Assembly (NCBI GenBank): GCA_966203835.1
Contig: CBIHKW010000004.1
Location: forward strand, 705 to 64,704
Origin: an uncultured Thermomonas sp.
GTDB lineage: Bacteria > Pseudomonadota > Gammaproteobacteria > Xanthomonadales > Xanthomonadaceae
Direction: 5' to 3'
Length of the DNA: 64,000 bases
Numbering within the stretch: the stretch's first letter is position 1; the number at the start of each line of letters is the position of its first letter. Made by a program: the position numbers and the translations under genes. The notes under the pieces are model-generated. The model was not told where the DNA came from. It saw only the letters and a list, made by a program, of their open reading frames with translations, and did not search any database. This document shows, piece by piece, positions 59,915 through 64,000 of the stretch.

Positions 59915-60696
59915 GCCGAAGGCGTCCGTTCCAGCATCGCGACCACCGCGGCCTGGGCCTCACTGGCCAAGGCCTGACGGTCCTTGCCGACGGTGGACAA
60001 GGGCGTGCCGATGCGCACGGCGATGCGGCCGGGCCGCACCCGGAACAGGCCCTCGGTCGGCAGGACTGCGCCGGCGCCGGAGATCGCGATCGGCAACACA
60101 TCGACGCCGGCGTCGTCCGCCGTCTGGAACGCGCCGACCTTGAACGTGCCGACGCGGCCATCGCGGCTGCGGGTGCCTTCGGGAAAGATGCACACGGTCG
60201 CGCCGGTGCGCAGCAGCGCCGCCGCATCGCGCAGCATCTTCGGCGCGGCGCGTCGGCTGTCGCGGTCGATGAACAGCATCCCGGTGAATTTCGCGTATCG
60301 GCCGACCAGCGGCACCCGGGTCATTTCCTGCTTCAGCACGAAGCGCAACGGCACCGGCACCGCGCGGAACAGCGCGCAGATGTCGATCACCGACTGGTGG
60401 TTGGCGACGATCATGTAGGGCTTGGACCAGTCGACGGCGTCGGCGCCCTCGACCGAGAAGCGCACGCCCGCGCCGTACAGCAGGCCCGGCGCCCAGACCC
60501 GCGACGCGGTGCGCAACAGGAGCCGGGGCGAGCGCGTCAAGGCGCCGATCGGCAGCACGATCAGGATGCCCACGCCGGTCCACAGCAGCATGAACGCGAG
60601 TTGCAGCGCGTTCCAGAGCGTCCACAGCGCGCGCACCGGCGCCGACTCGCGGCGTCGCGGATCGGCGGTCTGCAGCGGCAATTCAATCGAGGACAT
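59911..60696 (-). CDS. 1-acyl-sn-glycerol-3-phosphate acyltransferase family protein
   Basis: The HX4D motif NHQSVID plus FPEGTRS. I chose the start MSSIELPL; the track ORF extends to 60744. Confidence 0.85.
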   Translation of the reverse strand: MSSIELPLQTADPRRRESAPVRALWTLWNALQLAFMLLWTGVGILIVLPIGALTRSPRLLLRTASRVWAPGLLYGAGVRFSVEGADAVDWSKPYMIVANHQSVIDICALFRAVPVPLRFVLKQEMTRVPLVGRYAKFTGMLFIDRDSRRAAPKMLRDAAALLRTGATVCIFPEGTRSRDGRVGTFKVGAFQTADDAGVDVLPIAISGAGAVLPTEGLFRVRPGRIAVRIGTPLSTVGKDRQALASEAQAAVVAMLERTPSA

Positions 60697-60816
60697 GATG
60701 TGCGGCCTCGCAAACGGTGATCTCGAACATACGGCGGAACGCATCGGTACGGGACACGATCATGGCCTCGCACGGATCGTGCCGGTTCATTCCATGCCGG
60801 TTTATCTGATGCCGAT

Positions 60817-61557
60817 TCATCGCGGCGCTCCGTTGCCATCAGCGCCAGTGTTGTCGGTGCCCGCACGCTCGGCATCGAAGAAGCTCTGCCAGAACGCGGG
60901 GCCCAGCGCAGCCATCTGGCGGCCGAAGTCGACGATGTTGCGATACGGCCGCACCGGGAACACGAACTTCCGCACCTGGTATTCGATCAGCGCGAACCCG
61001 CCGAGCACGCCATAGTTGGCGATGTTGGCGACCAGCGACCACTGCGCATTGGTCACGGTGACCGGCGCCCGCACGCCCAACTGCATCAGCACGCCGTCCG
61101 GCACCGCGATCAGCGCGAGGACCAGATTCACCACGGTCAGCAGCCCCAGCAAGACCGCCCAAGCCAGCGTGAGGCCGCGGGTATAACGGCGATGCCGTTC
61201 CGACAGCGGCATGCCGGCCCGCGCGTACAGCGCGCCCACGACCTTGGCGATGATCGGCTCGCGCCCCGGACGCAGGCTGCGCGCGAACCACCAGCCGATC
61301 ATCGCGGTGAACAGGGGCGGCACCAGCAGCAGCGGCATCAGCGCGTGGCGCGACTGCGCCAGCGCGAACAGCGCGACCGCGGATACGGCCAGCGCCAGCC
61401 ATGCGCCGGGACGCCGATGCAGCAGACCTTCGATCAGCACCATCAGGGCCAGATCGCCCAGCGCCAGCACCGCCAGCATCGGCGACTGCAGAGTTCCGGC
61501 GAAATGCGCCAGCGGTGCGTACACCACCAGCAACAGCAGCCGCAGTACGGCGATCAC
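60817..61557 (-). CDS. integral membrane protein of the pigment cluster
   Basis: 246 aa with multiple TM helices. Its GTG start overlaps the ACP stop. Confidence 0.65.
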   Translation of the reverse strand: MIAVLRLLLLVVYAPLAHFAGTLQSPMLAVLALGDLALMVLIEGLLHRRPGAWLALAVSAVALFALAQSRHALMPLLLVPPLFTAMIGWWFARSLRPGREPIIAKVVGALYARAGMPLSERHRRYTRGLTLAWAVLLGLLTVVNLVLALIAVPDGVLMQLGVRAPVTVTNAQWSLVANIANYGVLGGFALIEYQVRKFVFPVRPYRNIVDFGRQMAALGPAFWQSFFDAERAGTDNTGADGNGAPR

Positions 61558-61823
61558 TCCGCCTTGTGCTGCTGGACGTGGGCCGACAGCGCGCGCAGCG
61601 AACCGAAGATGAGGCGGTTGTCGTCGTTGTCGGAACGCAGCTGGAAACCGTATTTCTTGCTGATCGCCAGCGACAGTTCCAGCGCGTCGATCGAGTCCAG
61701 GCCGAGGCCGGCGCCGAACAGGGGCGCGTCCGGGTCGATCCCGGCGGGGGCGATGCTTTCGAGGTTCAGGCTCTCGACCAGCAATTCCGCCAGTTCAAGT
61801 TCGGCGGGAGTCAGTGCAGACAT
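61554..61823 (-). CDS. acyl carrier protein
   Basis: 89 aa with the phosphopantetheine site LGLDSID. I chose the internal start MSALTPAELE of track ORF 61554..62291. Confidence 0.85.
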   Translation of the reverse strand: MSALTPAELELAELLVESLNLESIAPAGIDPDAPLFGAGLGLDSIDALELSLAISKKYGFQLRSDNDDNRLIFGSLRALSAHVQQHKAE

Positions 61824-62034
61824 GGCAAACAATCCAGAATTCGAAGGAAACAGCGCCGCGCGAAGCGGGCACCTGAGGGCCGCCGCACGGCGTCGTCGGA
61901 CGCGCCGACCGGCAGTGCAGGTCGGCCTGAGATGGGGGAAGGCATACCGGAGCCTGTGTCGCCGCCCCATGAGACCGGACGGCGATGGCATGCCACGCGG
62001 TATGATGCCAGTCTCAGACTGCAACAAGAAGAGC

Positions 62035-63492
62035 ATGACGGCCCAATCAGGCGATGGACGCACGATGCCGGCGGAAACGGACCTCCCGCCACCCCCGACG
62101 CCCCCTTCCGTGGACCACGCTGCCGTCGACCGCGAGGCCGCGGACCGCGCTGCGGTCGATTGCGCTGCCGTCGACTGCGATGTGCTGGTGATCGGCGGCG
62201 GCCCCGCCGGCAGCACCGCCGCCATTTCCCTGGCCCGCCGCGGCTGGCGGGTGCTGCAGCTGGAAAAGGCGCACCACCCGCGCTTCCACATCGGCGAATC
62301 GCTGCTGCCGATGAATCTGCCGATCCTCCAGCGCCTGGGCGTGCTGGATCGGGTCGCTGCGATCGGGGTCTACAAACCCGCCGCCGACTTCCCGCTGACC
62401 CTGGCGGACGGCACGCCCAAGGTCCAGGTCTTCCGTTTCGATCGCGCCCTGAACCCGCAGTTCGGCTATGCCTATCAGGTCAAGCGCGAGGAATACGATC
62501 AACTGCTGTTCAAGGCGGCCGGTGAAGCCGGCGCCGACAGCCGCGAGGGCGTGACCGTGCTCTCGGTGGAGAACGACGCAGGCGAGCGACCGACACGGGC
62601 GCGGGCGCGCAACGCCGACGGCAGCGAGTTCGAGGTGCGGATGCGCTATCTGGTGGACGCCAGCGGCCGCGACACCTTCATGGGCGCGCGCCGCAAGCTC
62701 AAGCGCAAGAATCCGAAACACCAGTCCGCGGCGCTGTTCAGCCATTTCCGCGGCGTGGTCCGGCGCGACGGCGAGCAAGCCGGCAACATCACCGTCGAGC
62801 GTTTCGACCACGGCTGGATCTGGATGATCCCGCTGCGCGACGACGTGATGAGCATCGGTGCGGTGTGTTCGCCCCAATACCTCAAGCAGCGCGACGAGGA
62901 CACCGAAAGCTTCCTGCTGCGCACCCTGCGCACGGTGCCGTCGGTGGAAGCGCGGATGCGCCAGGCCGAGCGCGTGGCGCCGGTCCATGCCACCGGCAAC
63001 TACTCGTATATCTGTTCGCAGATGGCCGGCCCGGGCTGGACGATGGTCGGCGACGCCTACGCCTTCATCGACCCGGTCTTCTCTTCCGGCGTGTATCTGG
63101 GCATGCACAGCGCCGAACGCGCCGCGATGATGGTCGACGGCGCCCTGCGCGAACCGGCCCGCGAGCCGGCGCTGCAGTTGGAGATGACGCGACGCTTGAA
63201 CCGCGGCCTGAAGGAATTCTCCTGGTTCATCTACCGCTTCACCACCCCGGTGATGCAACGCCTGTTCGCCCGCCCCAGCAACAAATTCCAGATCGAGCAG
63301 GCGGTGATCTCGCTGCTCGCCGGCGATGTGTTCGACAACCCGGCCGTCGTCCGCCGGCTGCGCCTGTTCCGGCTGATCTACGCCCTGAACGCCGCCAGCA
63401 TGGCGCCGCGCGCGCTAGGCGCGTGGTGGCGCACCCGTCGCGGCCGTCGCGCCGGTTTCAGCGGCGACACCCTGCAGGCGGAGCGTCCATGA
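62035..63492 (+). CDS. FAD-dependent halogenase-like oxidoreductase (second copy)
   Basis: It has VLVIGGGPAGS and GWIWMIPL (WxWxIP). The start MTAQSG at 62035 or MPAETD at 62065 is possible. Confidence 0.8.
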   Translation: MTAQSGDGRTMPAETDLPPPPTPPSVDHAAVDREAADRAAVDCAAVDCDVLVIGGGPAGSTAAISLARRGWRVLQLEKAHHPRFHIGESLLPMNLPILQRLGVLDRVAAIGVYKPAADFPLTLADGTPKVQVFRFDRALNPQFGYAYQVKREEYDQLLFKAAGEAGADSREGVTVLSVENDAGERPTRARARNADGSEFEVRMRYLVDASGRDTFMGARRKLKRKNPKHQSAALFSHFRGVVRRDGEQAGNITVERFDHGWIWMIPLRDDVMSIGAVCSPQYLKQRDEDTESFLLRTLRTVPSVEARMRQAERVAPVHATGNYSYICSQMAGPGWTMVGDAYAFIDPVFSSGVYLGMHSAERAAMMVDGALREPAREPALQLEMTRRLNRGLKEFSWFIYRFTTPVMQRLFARPSNKFQIEQAVISLLAGDVFDNPAVVRRLRLFRLIYALNAASMAPRALGAWWRTRRGRRAGFSGDTLQAERP

Positions 63493-64000
63493 GCCCGCCG
63501 ATGTACCTCGCCGGGCAGGGCTCGGCGCTGACGGTCGATTATGTGCAGGCGAGCGCGCCGGAGGCATTGCTCACCGCCGACACCCTGGCGGTGTTCGGTT
63601 TCGGCAACGATGCCCCGCACTGCGACGACCCCCGCTATCTGCGCATCCCGCTGCAGCCGTACGGCACCGCGCCGTTCGAACGCTGGCGCTGCGCGGCGCC
63701 GGTCGAATTCGGGCGCCACGGCGACCCGGTCAACGGCCAGATCTGCTGGTCCACCGACGGCCACCTCACCTTCGGCGTGATCGAAGTCGACGAGCCGCCG
63801 GGCGACCATCCCGACCACAGCGACATCTGCGAAGCCGCCGAGCGCGCCTACTCGCATCTGGTCGATTTCGTCTCCGGCAGCCGTACGCCGCATCTGCTGC
63901 GGGTGTGGAACTACCTCGACGCGATCACCCAGGGCGACGGCGACACCGAACGCTACCGCCAGTTCTGCATCGGCCGCGCCCGCGGACTGGGCCGTTTCGA
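63489..64000 (+). CDS. xanB2: chorismatase, XanB2/FkbO/Hyg5 family (3' end beyond the window)
   Basis: My own translation from the ATG at 63489 (ATGA overlap): MSPPMYLAGQG...HLLRVWNYLDAITQGDGDTERYRQFCIGRARG. The frame is open to base 64000. Confidence 0.85.
   Translation, partial: MSPPMYLAGQGSALTVDYVQASAPEALLTADTLAVFGFGNDAPHCDDPRYLRIPLQPYGTAPFERWRCAAPVEFGRHGDPVNGQICWSTDGHLTFGVIEVDEPPGDHPDHSDICEAAERAYSHLVDFVSGSRTPHLLRVWNYLDAITQGDGDTERYRQFCIGRARGLGRF

Overview
A 64-kb stretch of a high-GC gammaproteobacterial chromosome, most likely Xanthomonadales. The evidence for that placement is a xanthomonadin-type aryl-polyene pigment cluster, an sX13-like sRNA downstream of polA, Xanthomonas-type attC sites and many GTAG-type REP palindromes. 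Most of the window is core housekeeping: cytochrome c5, an ExeM/NucH nuclease, zapE, mnmG, bioB-bioF-orf-bioH-bioC, comF, polA, hemF, uvrD, a GST, DPP-IV, DUF885 and a LysR/LysE pair.

Four regions stand out:
- (1) About 13.1-15.9 kb is a visibly lower-GC island just downstream of bioC. It holds short same-strand ORFs and two well-formed attC sites, one very close to the classical aadA-type 59-base element, but no integrase. I read it as an integrase-less integron cassette array (CALIN).
- (2) About 39.9-49.1 kb is a same-strand block of four secreted proteins. It centres on a 1962-aa thioester (CWEQ) alpha-2-macroglobulin followed 33 nt later by a subtilisin-like S8 peptidase. The predicted bait region carries a Pro-rich tract plus a segment resembling the N-terminus of a TonB-dependent receptor plug.
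- (3) 49.3-64.0 kb is a xanthomonadin-like aryl-polyene cluster: KS/CLF, ACP, two dehydratases, FabG, two WxWxIP flavin halogenases, GT2, two acyltransferases, MMPL, a LolA-like protein and XanB2 chorismatase. Several REP inverted-repeat pairs have inserted into it.
- (4) Two non-coding transcription-unit candidates: an sX13-like sRNA with C-rich loops downstream of polA, and an orphan sigma54-type promoter plus strong intrinsic terminator next to mnmG.

I found no rRNA, tRNA, CRISPR array, transposase or integrase gene. Many long ORFs in the six-frame track are GC-driven shadow frames and are not reported. All coordinates and motif calls come from reading the sequence by eye; no searches were run.
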